The notes under the pieces are model-generated. The model was not told the DNA's origin. It worked only from the letters and a program-made list of their open reading frames with translations, and did not search any database. A program made the translations under genes and the position numbers. Below are positions 17,374 to 29,015 of a stretch of 64,000 nt of DNA, in pieces. Every line of letters starts with the position of its first letter. Position 1 is the stretch's first letter. Origin of the DNA: Saprospiraceae bacterium (lineage in GTDB: Bacteria; Bacteroidota; Bacteroidia; Chitinophagales; Saprospiraceae); assembly GCA_020631235.1 (NCBI GenBank), contig JAHDHQ010000003.1, forward strand, positions 46,450 to 110,449, in the 5' to 3' direction.

Positions 17374-20300
17374 ATGATGCAGGAGGCTCAAGCTTATACG
17401 CTTAAAAACAAAGTCAGATTAGTTACCGCAGGTTCTTTATTTGATGGTCATGATGCGGCAATAAATATCATGCGTCGAATTTTACAACGCACCGGCGCTG
17501 AGATTATTCATCTGGGACATAATCGTTCGGCCAGAGAAATTGTAGAGACAGCTATCCAAGAGGATGTACAAGGCATTGCCATTACTTCCTATCAAGGAGG
17601 ACATAATGAGTTTTTTAAGTACATCTATGATTTATTAAAAGAGAAAGGTTGTGGACATATAAAAATTTTTGGTGGAGGCGGAGGAACCATACTTCCTACT
17701 GAAATAGAGGAATTAGAAGCTTATGGAATCACTAAAATATACTCTCCAGATGATGGGAGAAGGATGGGATTGCAAGGTATGATTAACGATGTTTTGCAAC
17801 AATGTGACTATACGATTGGAGAAACGGTAAATGGTGAACTAAAACTTTTAAATCAGCGAGATAAAAAATCCATTGCTCGATTAATTACAGCGGTGGAGAA
17901 TTTTCCAGAAAACAATGAAAACTGGTATCAGGATTTATTAAAAGATGTAGACACTAAAAAGGTGCCAGTGCTGGGAATTACTGGAACTGGAGGAGCAGGA
18001 AAGTCTTCTATGGTGGACGAAATAATAAGAAGGTTTTTACATGATTTTGAAGACAAAACCTTGGCGATTGTTTCTGTAGATCCATCCAAAAGAAAAACAG
18101 GTGGAGCATTATTAGGAGATAGAATAAGAATGAATGCCGTCAATCATGAACGTGTTTATATGCGTTCGTTAGCGACTCGGCAGTCTAATTTAGCCTTGTC
18201 AAAATATGTGCAAGCAGCTGTAAATATTTTGAAAGCAGGTGGGTACGATCTCATCATTTTGGAGACTTCCGGCATTGGACAATCCGACACAGAAATTGTC
18301 GATCACTCGGATATGAGCTTGTATATTATGACACCTGAGTTTGGAGCAGCAACACAGCTTGAAAAGATAGACATGCTAGATTTTGCGGATCTAGTAGCCA
18401 TCAACAAATTTGATAAACGAGGTGCTCAAGATGCTTTAAAATCAGTAAAAAAGCAGTTCCAACGAAATCATAACTTATGGGATAAGGATCCTTCTACCAT
18501 GCCTGTCTTTGGAACCATCGCTTCTCAATTTAATGATCCGGGAACCAATACTTTGTATGCAGCTATCATTGACACTTTAAATGATCGGTTTTCTTTAGAC
18601 TGGAAGAGTAAGTACAGTGCTTCAGAAGAAGCTAGTGAGAAAATATTTATAATACCTCCAAGTCGTGTTAGATATCTATCGGAGATTTCGGAAAGCATCA
18701 GGCAATATGATAAATGGGTAGATAAACAAGCAGATATAGCCAGGTCTATAGGACACCTAGAAGCTGCCGCTGCACTCATTGATGATAAAGCCAGTCAAGA
18801 GCATATGCAAGAAAAGATTACAAGTCTCGAACTGGATCAAGATGGGCGATGTAAACAGATTTTGCAACATTGGCCAGAAAAGAAAGCCGCTTATAAAAAA
18901 GAAGTATTTACATATCAGGTGCGAAACAGAGATATCAATGTGGAAACGCACACCAAGTCATTGTCTGGTAACATGATTCCTAGGATAGCTTTACCGGACT
19001 ATCATGACAAAGGAGACATCCTAAGCTGGAATTTACAAGAGAATGTTCCTGGCGAGTTTCCGTATACGGCAGGTGTATATCCATTTAAACGGAAAGGAGA
19101 AGATCCTACACGAATGTTTGCTGGAGAAGGAGGGCCTGAACGTACCAATCGAAGGTTTCATTACTTATCGAAAGGAATGCCGGCCAGTCGACTTTCTACG
19201 GCTTTTGACTCGGTAACACTATATGGAGAAGATCCTGATCACAGACCCGATATTTATGGGAAGATTGGTAATTCTGGAGTAAGCATTTGTTGTTTAGATG
19301 ATGCGAAGAAACTGTACAGTGGTTTTGACTTATGCAACCCTAAAACGAGCGTATCCATGACGATTAATGGGCCAGCAGCGACCATTTGCGCTTTCTTTAT
19401 GAATGCGGCGATTGATCAGCAGTGTGAGTTGTATATAAAGGAGCACGGATTAGAAGCTAAAGTAGAAGAGGCGCTTGCAAATAAGTATGATAAACAAGGA
19501 ACCAAACGACCTGTATATCATGGCGATGTTCCTGAAGGAAATAATGGTTTAGGCTTGATGTTATTAGGACTTACAGGTGATGAAGTGCTTGATGCTGCTG
19601 TCTACCAATCACTTAAAGATAAAGCTTTAAATGCCGTAAGAGGAACGGTACAAGCGGATATACTGAAGGAGGATCAGGCTCAGAATACTTGTATTTTTTC
19701 TACAGAGTTTTCGTTGCGATTGATGGGAGATGTGCAACAGTACTTTATATGGAACAAAGTACGAAATTTCTATTCTGTGTCCATATCAGGTTATCATATT
19801 GCAGAGGCAGGTGCTAATCCTATATCTCAAGTTGCATTTACGCTAGCGAATGGGTTTACCTTTGTAGAGTATTATCTATCCAGAGGTATGGATATTAATG
19901 ATTTTGCTCCTAATCTTTCTTTTTTCTTTTCCAACGGTGTAGATCCTGAATATGCGGTGATCGGAAGAGTGGCAAGAAGGATTTGGTCTAAAGCCATGAA
20001 AGAGAAATACAACGCTAATGATCGTTCGCAAAAGCTAAAATATCATATCCAGACCTCTGGAAGATCGTTGCACGCTCAAGAAATCGCATTTAATGATATC
20101 CGTACAACACTGCAAGCTTTATATGCGATTTATGATAACTGCAATTCCTTGCATACCAATGCTTATGATGAAGCGATAACTACACCGACTGAAGAAAGTG
20201 TGCGTAGAGCGGTCGCCATCCAGATGATTATTAATCATGAGCTGGGGTTAACAAAGAACGAAAATCCGCTTCAAGGTTCGTTTATTATCCGAGAATTAAC

Positions 20301-20739
20301 GGATCTAGTTGAAGAAGCGATATTGAGCGAGTTTGATAGAATTACAGAGCGGGGAGGTGTTTTAGGAGCCATGGAAACCATGTATCAACGAAATAAAATC
20401 CAAGAAGAGAGTATGCATTATGAGATGTTAAAGCATACTGGAGAATTTCCAATTATCGGAGTTAATACCTTCCTATCTAGTGAGGGTTCGCCTACGGTAA
20501 TCCCAGAAGAAGTGATCCGTTCGACCAAAGAAGAAAAAGAGGCACAAATAGAGAACCTAGAAAATTTAATCAAGACGAATGAAGCCACTATTTCAGCCCA
20601 ATTAAAAGATTTGCAGGATCGTGCAAGAAATAATGAAAACTTATTTGATTCTTTAATGGAAGTTTCCAAAACCTGTTCGCTAGGGCAAATTACCCATGCA
20701 TTGTTTGCGGTGGGTGGTCAGTATCGTCGGAATATGTAG
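17374..20739 (+). CDS. icmF: fused isobutyryl-CoA mutase (B12-binding domain + MeaB-like G-protein + mutase catalytic domain)
   Basis: N-terminal [13 protein letters not shown] (DxHxxG), a central P-loop [12 protein letters not shown] with NKFD (MeaB-type GTPase), and a C-terminal acyl-CoA mutase barrel ([31 protein letters not shown]). The 1121-aa length matches the known IcmF architecture. Confidence 0.92.
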   Translation: MMQEAQAYTLKNKVRLVTAGSLFDGHDAAINIMRRILQRTGAEIIHLGHNRSAREIVETAIQEDVQGIAITSYQGGHNEFFKYIYDLLKEKGCGHIKIFGGGGGTILPTEIEELEAYGITKIYSPDDGRRMGLQGMINDVLQQCDYTIGETVNGELKLLNQRDKKSIARLITAVENFPENNENWYQDLLKDVDTKKVPVLGITGTGGAGKSSMVDEIIRRFLHDFEDKTLAIVSVDPSKRKTGGALLGDRIRMNAVNHERVYMRSLATRQSNLALSKYVQAAVNILKAGGYDLIILETSGIGQSDTEIVDHSDMSLYIMTPEFGAATQLEKIDMLDFADLVAINKFDKRGAQDALKSVKKQFQRNHNLWDKDPSTMPVFGTIASQFNDPGTNTLYAAIIDTLNDRFSLDWKSKYSASEEASEKIFIIPPSRVRYLSEISESIRQYDKWVDKQADIARSIGHLEAAAALIDDKASQEHMQEKITSLELDQDGRCKQILQHWPEKKAAYKKEVFTYQVRNRDINVETHTKSLSGNMIPRIALPDYHDKGDILSWNLQENVPGEFPYTAGVYPFKRKGEDPTRMFAGEGGPERTNRRFHYLSKGMPASRLSTAFDSVTLYGEDPDHRPDIYGKIGNSGVSICCLDDAKKLYSGFDLCNPKTSVSMTINGPAATICAFFMNAAIDQQCELYIKEHGLEAKVEEALANKYDKQGTKRPVYHGDVPEGNNGLGLMLLGLTGDEVLDAAVYQSLKDKALNAVRGTVQADILKEDQAQNTCIFSTEFSLRLMGDVQQYFIWNKVRNFYSVSISGYHIAEAGANPISQVAFTLANGFTFVEYYLSRGMDINDFAPNLSFFFSNGVDPEYAVIGRVARRIWSKAMKEKYNANDRSQKLKYHIQTSGRSLHAQEIAFNDIRTTLQALYAIYDNCNSLHTNAYDEAITTPTEESVRRAVAIQMIINHELGLTKNENPLQGSFIIRELTDLVEEAILSEFDRITERGGVLGAMETMYQRNKIQEESMHYEMLKHTGEFPIIGVNTFLSSEGSPTVIPEEVIRSTKEEKEAQIENLENLIKTNEATISAQLKDLQDRARNNENLFDSLMEVSKTCSLGQITHALFAVGGQYRRNM

Positions 20740-20870
20740 GTTGGTCTTTTTTTATTTAGGGTTGATTAAGTCTATTAACACTTATTTTGAGGGTTAATTA
20801 CACAATTGCCTTCCTTACTACCGAAGGTTTGTAACTAATATAATGTGATCTTTGTCCGGGTATACTTTTA

Positions 20871-21623
20871 TTAAAATGAAGATTGTAAACCATCTAAAAA
20901 ATCTTTTTTCCTTCTTCTAGAAATAGGAATTTCAGTAGTATCCTTAAGTATAATTGTGCCTTGATTTGCGTTAGCATATTTCCTGATATACTTTAGGTTT
21001 ATTAAATGCGAATGATGTACTCTATAGAAATATTTTTCTGGTAATAATTCTTCTAAATCCTTTAAGGTTTTTGACACTAAGATTGGTTTTTCGTTTATTA
21101 GATGTATGTAGCTATAGTTACTTTCGGACTCGCATCTTATAATGTTTTCAACTTCTACAAACTCTAATCCTTCATAGGTTGGAAGAACAATTTGTTGCTG
21201 GTTTTTTTCTTTGTTATCAATATTTTCAAAAAGTAATTCTAGTTTTTTCTTGAATTGTTTTTCAGTTTGAGGCAACAATATTTTGTCTAAAGCTTTCTTT
21301 AGGTCTTCTTCATTTATAGGTTTTAATAGATAATCTATCGCATTAACTTTAAATGCCTTTATTGCATATTGATCGTAGGCTGTGGTGAATATAATTTTAA
21401 AATTTGTAGAGTTTAATTTTTTAATTAATTGGAAACCATCCATTTCAGGCATATTAATATCAAGAAATAGCAAATCAGGTTGTTGTTTTTCGATTAATTG
21501 TATTCCTTCAGATGGGCTTTGAGAGATTCCTACCACTTTTATGGTTTCTTGGAAATTTTCTAATTCCCAAAGTAAAGAATCAATACTTCCTTTTTCGTCA
21601 TCTATAATTATGGCTTTGATCAT
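20871..21623 (-). CDS. LytTR-family DNA-binding response regulator
   Basis: Receiver domain (DDE...DLLFLDINMP, phospho-acceptor Asp) plus a C-terminal LytTR domain (FYRVHHSHLINL). Confidence 0.9.
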   Translation of the reverse strand: MIKAIIIDDEKGSIDSLLWELENFQETIKVVGISQSPSEGIQLIEKQQPDLLFLDINMPEMDGFQLIKKLNSTNFKIIFTTAYDQYAIKAFKVNAIDYLLKPINEEDLKKALDKILLPQTEKQFKKKLELLFENIDNKEKNQQQIVLPTYEGLEFVEVENIIRCESESNYSYIHLINEKPILVSKTLKDLEELLPEKYFYRVHHSHLINLKYIRKYANANQGTIILKDTTEIPISRRRKKDFLDGLQSSF

Positions 21624-21625
21624 AT

Positions 21626-23599
21626 TTACCTTGTTTTGATTGATAGTAAAACTTCTGTACCTGATGGGTTTCCATGACTATTTTTATGGTCAATGATTTC
21701 AATATGTTTGAGATCATCGTTTTGATTGTTGAGAGCAATTCTATTTTGAGTTATAGCCATTCCAAATGATTTGTGATTTTTTTCAAGGTTGTTTTTCGTT
21801 TTAGTCCAATCTCTACCTACTCCATTGTCTCTAATTGAAATATTTAAAAAGTTTTCTTGAAGTTTTACTTTTATTTTTAAAAATCGATCCCCTTTTTTAT
21901 GCAATAGACCATGCCAAATAGCATTTTCGACGTAAGGCTGGAGAATAAGTGGTGGAATTAAAAAATGATTTAAGTTACTTGGGCAAGATATTTCAAAACT
22001 AAATTGATCTTCTAGTCTTAATTGTTCTATGATAAGATAAAGTCTTAAAGCTTCTAACTCTTCTTCTACACTGATTGTATCTTTTTTTGAGTGATTTAAA
22101 ATCAGTCGTATGAGCTTTGAAAATTTGTTAAGGTAATTGGTGGCCAACCTTGCTTCTTTGTTGGCGATGTAACTTTTTATAGAATTAAGACTATTAAAAA
22201 TAAAGTGAGGATTCATCTGGGAGCGAAGAGATTCTATTTCTAATTGGGCCACTTTTTTTTCCATTATATCCTTTAAGTGTTCGTCTCTTCTCTTTTGCGT
22301 TTGTTTCCATCTTACCAAGAACACTGCGGAAAAGATGGAAATAAGTGCGAGAATGCTTATCCAAAATGATTTTTGTTGGTTTGATTTGGATAACTCAAGT
22401 GTTTTAATCATTTGAGCTTGCTCTTTCTGAATAAATTGTTCCTTAATTGCGTCTTCAGATAGTTCTTTTTGGATATTAAAGATTCTTTTCAAATTAAGAT
22501 TGCCATACAATTCAAAGTATAATGAATCATGCAATTTTCTAAACATGTATGCTTTTTCTATATCATTAGATACTAAGCTCCATTTTTCTAGATAGCTATA
22601 TGTTTTAAACAAATTTTCTTTATCATTAACTTGCATAGAAACGTTTAGACCTTCCTTTAAAAATGTCTTTGACTTTAAGAGATCACCTTGTTCTAAATAC
22701 ACATGACCTAGTGCACTTTTAGCCATTGCGATTTGTTTTGTGTTTTTTTGAAGGGTATGAAGGTCTAAAGCTTTATTTAGGTCCTGAATTCTAGCGCTCA
22801 TATATTGGCCTTTGGGGTAATAAAATGAACGTTGATAATATGCATTAGCTACACTCAAGGGATGTTTAGTCTTTTTTGCATAGTTTAAAGCTTTATTTAT
22901 GCTTTCCTTAGCCATTTCAAAATCTTGGATACAAGAAAGAAATGAGGCCCTTAAATAATAGTAGTTATAGATTTGACTTGTATCTGGTTCTAGCTCATCT
23001 AATAGTTCTTTCGCACTATTTATGTAAAGGCCTGCTGATTCGCAATCTTCAATTCTTGAGGACAGGTCGGACATTAACACATTAAACTTAAAGAGACTTT
23101 CAGTGAGTGCATGTTGCTTAGAAAGCTCCAAACCATAGCTTGCTAAATGAAAGGCTGTCACCCAATTACCAATGTTTCTATGTTTTGCTGAAAGACCATA
23201 TATATCATTAGCTAGTTTGGCATAGTTCTCTTCACTTAAATTTAATCTAGCAGAAAGATTACGATAAGCCAGTGATTTATTTATTTGAGACTGTCTATCC
23301 AATCTCCATGAAACCAGGGTTAATGTGTCTAAAAACTTTTTTTGGTCTTTAGAGCTTATATTTTTAAATGATTGGTAGAGTTCGCAAATGTCAAGATCAG
23401 AAAAAGATGATTTAGAAAATATTGATTGTTTAATTTGATTAAAACTTTTTATACTTTGGCTACAACTTGCTAGATTTATAGGCTTTATAGTTTGTTGTCC
23501 AGTGGCAATATGAGCTTTACTCAGGAATAAAAGCGTTAAGTAAAAATATAGGATTATTTTCATCAATGATTGTCCACATATTAATACCCAGTTTATCAT
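21626..23599 (-). CDS. sensor histidine kinase, TPR-repeat sensor region + TM helix + LytS/YehU-type His_kinase and HATPase domains
   Basis: The SQMNPHFIFNSLNSI H-box is typical of the PF06580-type kinases that pair with LytTR regulators. There are N-terminal TPR-like repeats and a single internal TM (FWISILALISIFSAVFLV). The start could instead be the MKIILYF... Met at 23563. Confidence 0.85.
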   Translation of the reverse strand: MINWVLICGQSLMKIILYFYLTLLFLSKAHIATGQQTIKPINLASCSQSIKSFNQIKQSIFSKSSFSDLDICELYQSFKNISSKDQKKFLDTLTLVSWRLDRQSQINKSLAYRNLSARLNLSEENYAKLANDIYGLSAKHRNIGNWVTAFHLASYGLELSKQHALTESLFKFNVLMSDLSSRIEDCESAGLYINSAKELLDELEPDTSQIYNYYYLRASFLSCIQDFEMAKESINKALNYAKKTKHPLSVANAYYQRSFYYPKGQYMSARIQDLNKALDLHTLQKNTKQIAMAKSALGHVYLEQGDLLKSKTFLKEGLNVSMQVNDKENLFKTYSYLEKWSLVSNDIEKAYMFRKLHDSLYFELYGNLNLKRIFNIQKELSEDAIKEQFIQKEQAQMIKTLELSKSNQQKSFWISILALISIFSAVFLVRWKQTQKRRDEHLKDIMEKKVAQLEIESLRSQMNPHFIFNSLNSIKSYIANKEARLATNYLNKFSKLIRLILNHSKKDTISVEEELEALRLYLIIEQLRLEDQFSFEISCPSNLNHFLIPPLILQPYVENAIWHGLLHKKGDRFLKIKVKLQENFLNISIRDNGVGRDWTKTKNNLEKNHKSFGMAITQNRIALNNQNDDLKHIEIIDHKNSHGNPSGTEVLLSIKTR

Positions 23600-23722
23600 T
23601 CTTTTATTTCAGTTGCTAATATATAAAAGCTTTAAATGGGGACGAGACCTTACTTTTCTCTTATGACCAAGTAAAATCCCGCCTCATTATTCAAAAATGT
23701 TCAAGGGTTTATATTTTGCTGA

Positions 23723-24907
23723 TTAATCACATCTTTCTTGATCAATATTGTAGAATGAAACATCAGACATCTCTAAAGTTGTTTTATCTCCATTTTTATA
23801 AATAGCGCAACGTGCATCTCTAAATTCAACATTATCCAGTTTTATAAATGCTTGATCACAACATGCACCAACTTGCCCCAATCTCAGTGATGTCTTAATG
23901 TCTAAACCGCTAAAGGAAGAGCTAGCAGCTCCAGAAATAATCGTATGTTCGATAACATTGCTATTTGATAAACCATTGTGAAAAATACCTTTCCAGTAAT
24001 TTTTAAACTCTTCTGCTGCTTTAAGCTCTACTTTTTCGTTAGAAGTTCCTTTTATTTTTAGTTGGCTATTTCCAGCTACCATTATTCCCATCCCTTCATC
24101 AAACAACATTTTTACTCCTGCCTCAATGGTTAATGATGATGCAGCATGTATGCCATTGGAAACACCTATTAATTTGTGTACAGAAGTAGCTTCCACAAAA
24201 TAGGGTATACTTGTTTTCGAAACGCTTAGATCCTCACCAACAAATTCTGCAGCTTTAACATTAATTTGCTGTATTCCATTTTCTACAAACTCATTAGTCC
24301 CGTCTAGGGTTTCGATATTAAAGAAACTCATCGAAACAGGATAAGATGAATTATTTTGGAACATATTATTTGATAAAACCTGAATAGTGCCAATTTCTGA
24401 ATCCTTATCAGTAAGGACACCTACTCCTCTGTTGAAGTTAATTTTTGAATTCGTAACACTGGCTCTTCCAGCAATAGAAATGGCTGCGGGATCGTCAAAA
24501 CCAGTCCATTTTTCTTGACCAGCATTAGTAATCTCACAAAAATCTAAAATATTGTGTACCGAATTGGATTCAAAGTAAATTCCTCTCCATGTTTCTAAGC
24601 CGTCCGTTGTGCCCCTAAAAATTATGTGGTCTTCTGCTGTTCCTATGGCTCTCAAAGAACCTCCTTCGTCAATAATTAACGAACCAGTAGATGTAAATTC
24701 TATAACGGTTCCTGCCTCTATTACGACATCTCCTGTAATCAAGGTTTCACAATCGATCGTATAATCTATTTTTTTATTTGAATCATTCTCGAAAATAAAG
24801 TCTTCATCCAAATCACAAGGAACTGTGACGTCTGGAGGATTAATGGTGCATGATTGGCTAGCTAGTATCAATACCGATACAAAAAAGAAAAAATTCTTAC
24901 TATTCAT
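23723..24907 (-). CDS. hypothetical lipoprotein, probable right-handed parallel beta-helix fold
   Basis: Lipobox ILASQSCT. Repetitive ~22-25 aa segments rich in G/N/I/V (e.g. ITGDVVIEAGTVIEF, GGSLRAIGT, IEAGVKMLFDEGMGIMVAGNSQLKIKGT). No T9SS CTD. Confidence 0.55.
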   Translation of the reverse strand: MNSKNFFFFVSVLILASQSCTINPPDVTVPCDLDEDFIFENDSNKKIDYTIDCETLITGDVVIEAGTVIEFTSTGSLIIDEGGSLRAIGTAEDHIIFRGTTDGLETWRGIYFESNSVHNILDFCEITNAGQEKWTGFDDPAAISIAGRASVTNSKINFNRGVGVLTDKDSEIGTIQVLSNNMFQNNSSYPVSMSFFNIETLDGTNEFVENGIQQINVKAAEFVGEDLSVSKTSIPYFVEATSVHKLIGVSNGIHAASSLTIEAGVKMLFDEGMGIMVAGNSQLKIKGTSNEKVELKAAEEFKNYWKGIFHNGLSNSNVIEHTIISGAASSSFSGLDIKTSLRLGQVGACCDQAFIKLDNVEFRDARCAIYKNGDKTTLEMSDVSFYNIDQERCD

Positions 24908-24935
24908 TTTTTGAAGTTTATGTTTAAAGATGGCT

Positions 24936-24943
24936 CAAAAGTA
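24936..24943 (-). promoter_or_regulatory. -7 promoter box TACTTTTG upstream of the beta-helix lipoprotein gene
   Basis: Exact TAnnTTTG on the minus strand, 29 nt upstream of the ATG at 24907. It sits within an 8-bp inverted repeat (24937-24944 / 24957-24964) that could also act as the fahA terminator. Confidence 0.3.
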
Positions 24944-25027
24944 GAAGCACATAATGCTACTTTTTGGCTCATGGTAAACTTCAATTAGTAAGTGGTATGG
25001 TTTACTTCTTAAATGGCAAAATTGATC

Positions 25028-26260
25028 CTATTTAGCGGGTATTATTTTACCTTTCACTTCTCCAAAACCTACTCGAAGCCCGTCTTTTGTCGAATGGGCA
25101 CGCATCGTCACGGTATCTCCATCATTAATAAAAACTCTGGTAGAACCATCCTTTAATGTCAATGGATTTTTCCCGGCTTTAGCTATTTCTAACATCGAAC
25201 CATAAGAGTGTTCGTCTTTTCCAGAAATGGTTCCAGAAGCCATCATATCACCTACATTTACATTACATCCATTGACTGTATGATGGGCAAGTTGCTGGCT
25301 CATGTTCCAATACATGTATTTAAAATTAGAGCGAGAGACTACATTTTCCTGGCCATTCTCTGGGGTTAGACTTACTTCCAATGCTATGTCAAAATTTCGA
25401 TCTCCTTCGTATTGTAAATAGGGAAGGACAGTTGGTTCTTGTTTAGGTGATGGCACTCGGAATGGTTCTAGCGCATCCAAAGTCACGACCCAAGGAGATA
25501 TGGACGAAGCAAAGCTTTTACCTAGAAATGGTCCTAAAGGCACGTATTCCCATTTTTGTATATCTCTAGCTGACCAGTCATTAAAGACAACCATTCCAAA
25601 AATGTAATCTTCGGCATCATTTACTGGAATCGAATCGCCTAATTGTGTATTTTTCCCAACGATAAACCCCATTTCTAATTCGAAATCAAGTCGTTTGGTT
25701 GGTCCGAAAACTGGTGGTCCTTCGGGTGGCTTCATCTGTCCTTTCGGACGAGGAATTTCCGTACCGCTAATCACAATAGAAGATGATCTTCCGTGGTAGC
25801 CTACGGGTAAATGACGCCAGTTAGGCAATAAAGCATTGTCTGGATCTCTAAACATTTTACCTAAGTTCGTAGCGTGTTCTATACTGGAATAAAAGTCCGT
25901 ATAATCTCCTACTTGCACAGGCATATGCATTTGTGCCACAGACATGGGTATAAATAATTGATCATTGGTTTTTAGTACTGAATGATCGTCAGAAAGTTCC
26001 TTTTGAATAATTTTTCTTACTCGGGTGGTTACCTCTTTACCTAAACTGATAAACTTATTTAGGGTATCCTCTTCCCAAATATTAACAGATAAATTTAATT
26101 CATCAAAAACACCTAAAATTGCGGCTACCTTTAAGTCCATGATTTGGTCTCCAATGGCAATCCCTATGCGTTTGCTGTGTCCTTCTGAACTAAATATTCC
26201 AAAAGGAATATTGTGTATACTAAAATCTGTATCTGCTGATCCTTTTATCCAACAATTCAT
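25028..26260 (-). CDS. fahA: fumarylacetoacetase
   Basis: 410 aa. N-terminal FSIHNIPFGIF, plus YTDFYSS, LPVGYHGRSSS, DFELEMG and NDWSARDIQ motifs of the FAH family. Confidence 0.92.
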   Translation of the reverse strand: MNCWIKGSADTDFSIHNIPFGIFSSEGHSKRIGIAIGDQIMDLKVAAILGVFDELNLSVNIWEEDTLNKFISLGKEVTTRVRKIIQKELSDDHSVLKTNDQLFIPMSVAQMHMPVQVGDYTDFYSSIEHATNLGKMFRDPDNALLPNWRHLPVGYHGRSSSIVISGTEIPRPKGQMKPPEGPPVFGPTKRLDFELEMGFIVGKNTQLGDSIPVNDAEDYIFGMVVFNDWSARDIQKWEYVPLGPFLGKSFASSISPWVVTLDALEPFRVPSPKQEPTVLPYLQYEGDRNFDIALEVSLTPENGQENVVSRSNFKYMYWNMSQQLAHHTVNGCNVNVGDMMASGTISGKDEHSYGSMLEIAKAGKNPLTLKDGSTRVFINDGDTVTMRAHSTKDGLRVGFGEVKGKIIPAK

Positions 26261-26272
26261 TTATTCTATTTT

Positions 26273-27436
26273 TTATGCGTGATCTAACCAAGACTGATAG
26301 TACTTACCATCATCTAAGGCGATGGCTTGTTCGGTTAACATTAAAGGTTTAAAAGTATCTATCATAACGGCTAACTCTTCCGTTTCTTTTTGTCCGATGC
26401 TTCGTTCGTATGCGCCTGGATGCGGTCCATGAGGTATACCTCCAGGATGCAAAGTCATATACCCAGGACCAATGTTGTTTCTACTCATAAAATCGCCATC
26501 TACGTAATATAACATTTCATCTGAGTCAATGTTTGAGTGATTATAAGGCGCCGGGATAGATTGAGGGTGATAGTCGTACAATCTAGGACAAAACGAACAA
26601 ATGACAAAGGCACTGGTTTCGAATGTTTGGTGTACTGGAGGTGGCTGATGCACTCGACCAGTAATCGGTTCGAAGTTATGAATAGAAAAACCATATGGAA
26701 AATTATACCCATCCCATCCGACTACATCAAAAGGGTGAGAAGTATAATGTAGGGTATGTAACATTCCTTGTTTTTTAATTTTCATTTGGAAGTTACCGTG
26801 TTCGTCATGCGTCTCTAAGTCTGTTGGCAATTTATAATCTCGTTCGCAAAAAGGCGAATGTTCGAGTAGCTGACCAAACCAATTTCTATATCTTTTTGGT
26901 GTGTAAATAGGATGCATAGACTCGGCATATAATATCCGATTATCTTCTGTATCAAAATCTATTTGGTAAATCATTCCTCTTGGGATGATGAGGTAATCAC
27001 CATATTCGAAATTTATATTTCCCACTAAGGTGCGCAAAGTTCCTGTTCCTTTATGGATAAAGATCATCTCATCGGCATCCGCATTTTTATAGAAGTATTC
27101 GGTCAGTGACTTTTTAGGTGCAGCTAATCCGATGATGATATCATTGTTAAGCATCACTGGAACACGGCTTTCTAGGTAGTCATCCACAGGTTTAACATCG
27201 TATCCCAGGAGTTTACGAGCTTTGATGTTTTTGTGGACGGCAATTTTGGGTGTCACATCTATGGAAGTACCTACTTCTGACACCATAGTTGGTCGATTTA
27301 CATGGTAGAGTAATGATGACATACCATCGAAACCTATGGTTCCAAATAGCTGTTCGTAATACAAATCACCATTTTCCTTTCTAAACTGAGTATGTCTTTT
27401 TGGCGGGATTTTCCCTAATTTATGATAGACAGGCAT
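26273..27436 (-). CDS. hmgA: homogentisate 1,2-dioxygenase
   Basis: 387 aa of the bacterial short HGO type (YYEQLFGT, HPGGIPHGPHPG). Lies 12 nt upstream of fahA. Confidence 0.9.
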   Translation of the reverse strand: MPVYHKLGKIPPKRHTQFRKENGDLYYEQLFGTIGFDGMSSLLYHVNRPTMVSEVGTSIDVTPKIAVHKNIKARKLLGYDVKPVDDYLESRVPVMLNNDIIIGLAAPKKSLTEYFYKNADADEMIFIHKGTGTLRTLVGNINFEYGDYLIIPRGMIYQIDFDTEDNRILYAESMHPIYTPKRYRNWFGQLLEHSPFCERDYKLPTDLETHDEHGNFQMKIKKQGMLHTLHYTSHPFDVVGWDGYNFPYGFSIHNFEPITGRVHQPPPVHQTFETSAFVICSFCPRLYDYHPQSIPAPYNHSNIDSDEMLYYVDGDFMSRNNIGPGYMTLHPGGIPHGPHPGAYERSIGQKETEELAVMIDTFKPLMLTEQAIALDDGKYYQSWLDHA

Positions 27437-27527
27437 AGGATCTATTTTTTAACGAGCTTAAAGATACAGCTAATTCGTCGCTCGAAAATAGGAAGTTTGT
27501 ACATTTTCCAGGAAAAGATGTGTTCCT

Positions 27528-29012
27528 TTAATTTTTTGTCCAATGTCGCGATCGTTGTAAAGCTTTTTCCCATTTAGCTAATAAACCGTTTCTTTTATCA
27601 TCATTCATAGTCGAACTAAAGGATTGGGAGGAAGGGTTTAGTGAGGTTATTTGATCCAAGGTCCATTTATTCGAAGCTATTCCTGCAAGTAGGGCAGCGC
27701 CAAGTGCAGTCGCTTCTTTTTGGTTAGCCTGCTTGATGTCTAATTGACTGATGTCTGATTGAAATTGCATTAATTGATTGTTGGCTGACACACCTCCATC
27801 GACTTTCATTTCGAGGATTTCGGTTTGTAAATCTTTTTGCATGGCTTGAATAACATCATTTACTTGAAAGGCAATCCCTTGTAATGCAGCTAAGGCAATT
27901 TGTCCTTTTTTGCTTGCTCTAGTGATTCCATGTATACTTCCTCTGGCGTCGGGATCCCAGTGTGGAGCTCCAAGACCAGTTAGAGCAGGTACAAAAAACA
28001 CATCTCCCGAGTCTTTTACACTTTCAGCAGCTGCTATTAATGATTCGATAGAATCAAATAATTGCAATTCGTCGATAAGCCATTGTGTAATAGCACCGGC
28101 GACAAAGACACTTCCTTCGAGTGCATAATGGGTTTTGTCGCCTATTTTCCAGGCAATGGTTGATAGCATTTTATGAGATGAGGAGACTGGTTTTTCCCCA
28201 GTGTTGAGCATAATAAAGCATCCTGTACCATAGGTGTTTTTTATATTACCTTTTTGTAAACATGCTTGACCAAACAGGGCTGCTTGTTGGTCTCCAATAA
28301 TAGATTGTATCGGTATTTCTTTGCCAAACCAATCGATGTCAATGGTTGTCAAATCACCTGAAGAGTCAACTACTTCAGGCAACATTGAACCAGGAATATC
28401 AAATAAGTCCAGTAACTCCTTATCCCATGATAAATGGTGAATATTGTACAATAAGGTGCGGCTGGCGTTGGATGGGTCTGTCAGGTGCGCTCTTCCTTCA
28501 GTTAGTTTCCAGACCAGCCATGAATCCACTGTTCCGAAAGCTAAATCTCCATTTTCTGCCATTTTTCTGGCACCATCTACAGAGTCAAGAATGTATTTGA
28601 TTTTAGTTGCTGAGAAATAGGCATCTAAGAGCAAACCTGTTTTTTGCTGGATGATATCTGAATGACCATCTTCTATTAATTGCTGGCAAAAATCAGCTGT
28701 TCTTCGATCTTGCCAAACAATGGCATTGTGAATCGGAAGGCCCGTTTTTCTATTCCAAACCACGGTTGTTTCTCGTTGGTTTGTGATTCCGATGCTAGTT
28801 ATTTCTTGAGGGTTTATTCCAGCTTTATACACACATTCAAACATGCTTAGCATCGTCGTTTCCCAAATTTCTTCAGGCTCATGTTCGACCCATCCATTTT
28901 GTGGATAATGTTGCTTAAAAGCCATTTGTCCAGTGGCAACGATTTGTGCCTTTTGGTCAAAAAGAATGGCTCTTGAGGAAGTGGTGCCTTGATCTAAGGA
29001 TAGAATGTACAT
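27528..29012 (-). CDS. glpK: glycerol kinase
   Basis: YILSLDQGTTSSRAILFD, ITNQRETTVVWN, GDQQAALFGQ and TYGTGCF are canonical FGGY/GlpK motifs. Confidence 0.95.
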   Translation of the reverse strand: MYILSLDQGTTSSRAILFDQKAQIVATGQMAFKQHYPQNGWVEHEPEEIWETTMLSMFECVYKAGINPQEITSIGITNQRETTVVWNRKTGLPIHNAIVWQDRRTADFCQQLIEDGHSDIIQQKTGLLLDAYFSATKIKYILDSVDGARKMAENGDLAFGTVDSWLVWKLTEGRAHLTDPSNASRTLLYNIHHLSWDKELLDLFDIPGSMLPEVVDSSGDLTTIDIDWFGKEIPIQSIIGDQQAALFGQACLQKGNIKNTYGTGCFIMLNTGEKPVSSSHKMLSTIAWKIGDKTHYALEGSVFVAGAITQWLIDELQLFDSIESLIAAAESVKDSGDVFFVPALTGLGAPHWDPDARGSIHGITRASKKGQIALAALQGIAFQVNDVIQAMQKDLQTEILEMKVDGGVSANNQLMQFQSDISQLDIKQANQKEATALGAALLAGIASNKWTLDQITSLNPSSQSFSSTMNDDKRNGLLAKWEKALQRSRHWTKN

Positions 29013-29015
29013 GTA

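Noticed and set aside
24937-24964. 8-bp inverted repeat (AAAAGTAG / CTACTTTT) flanked by TGGCTCA direct repeats, considered as a mobile-element end or REP-like element
   Set aside because: It is a single copy in the window. It is adequately explained as a weak fahA terminator overlapping the -7 box of the next gene. The 7-nt direct repeats are too short to be meaningful.
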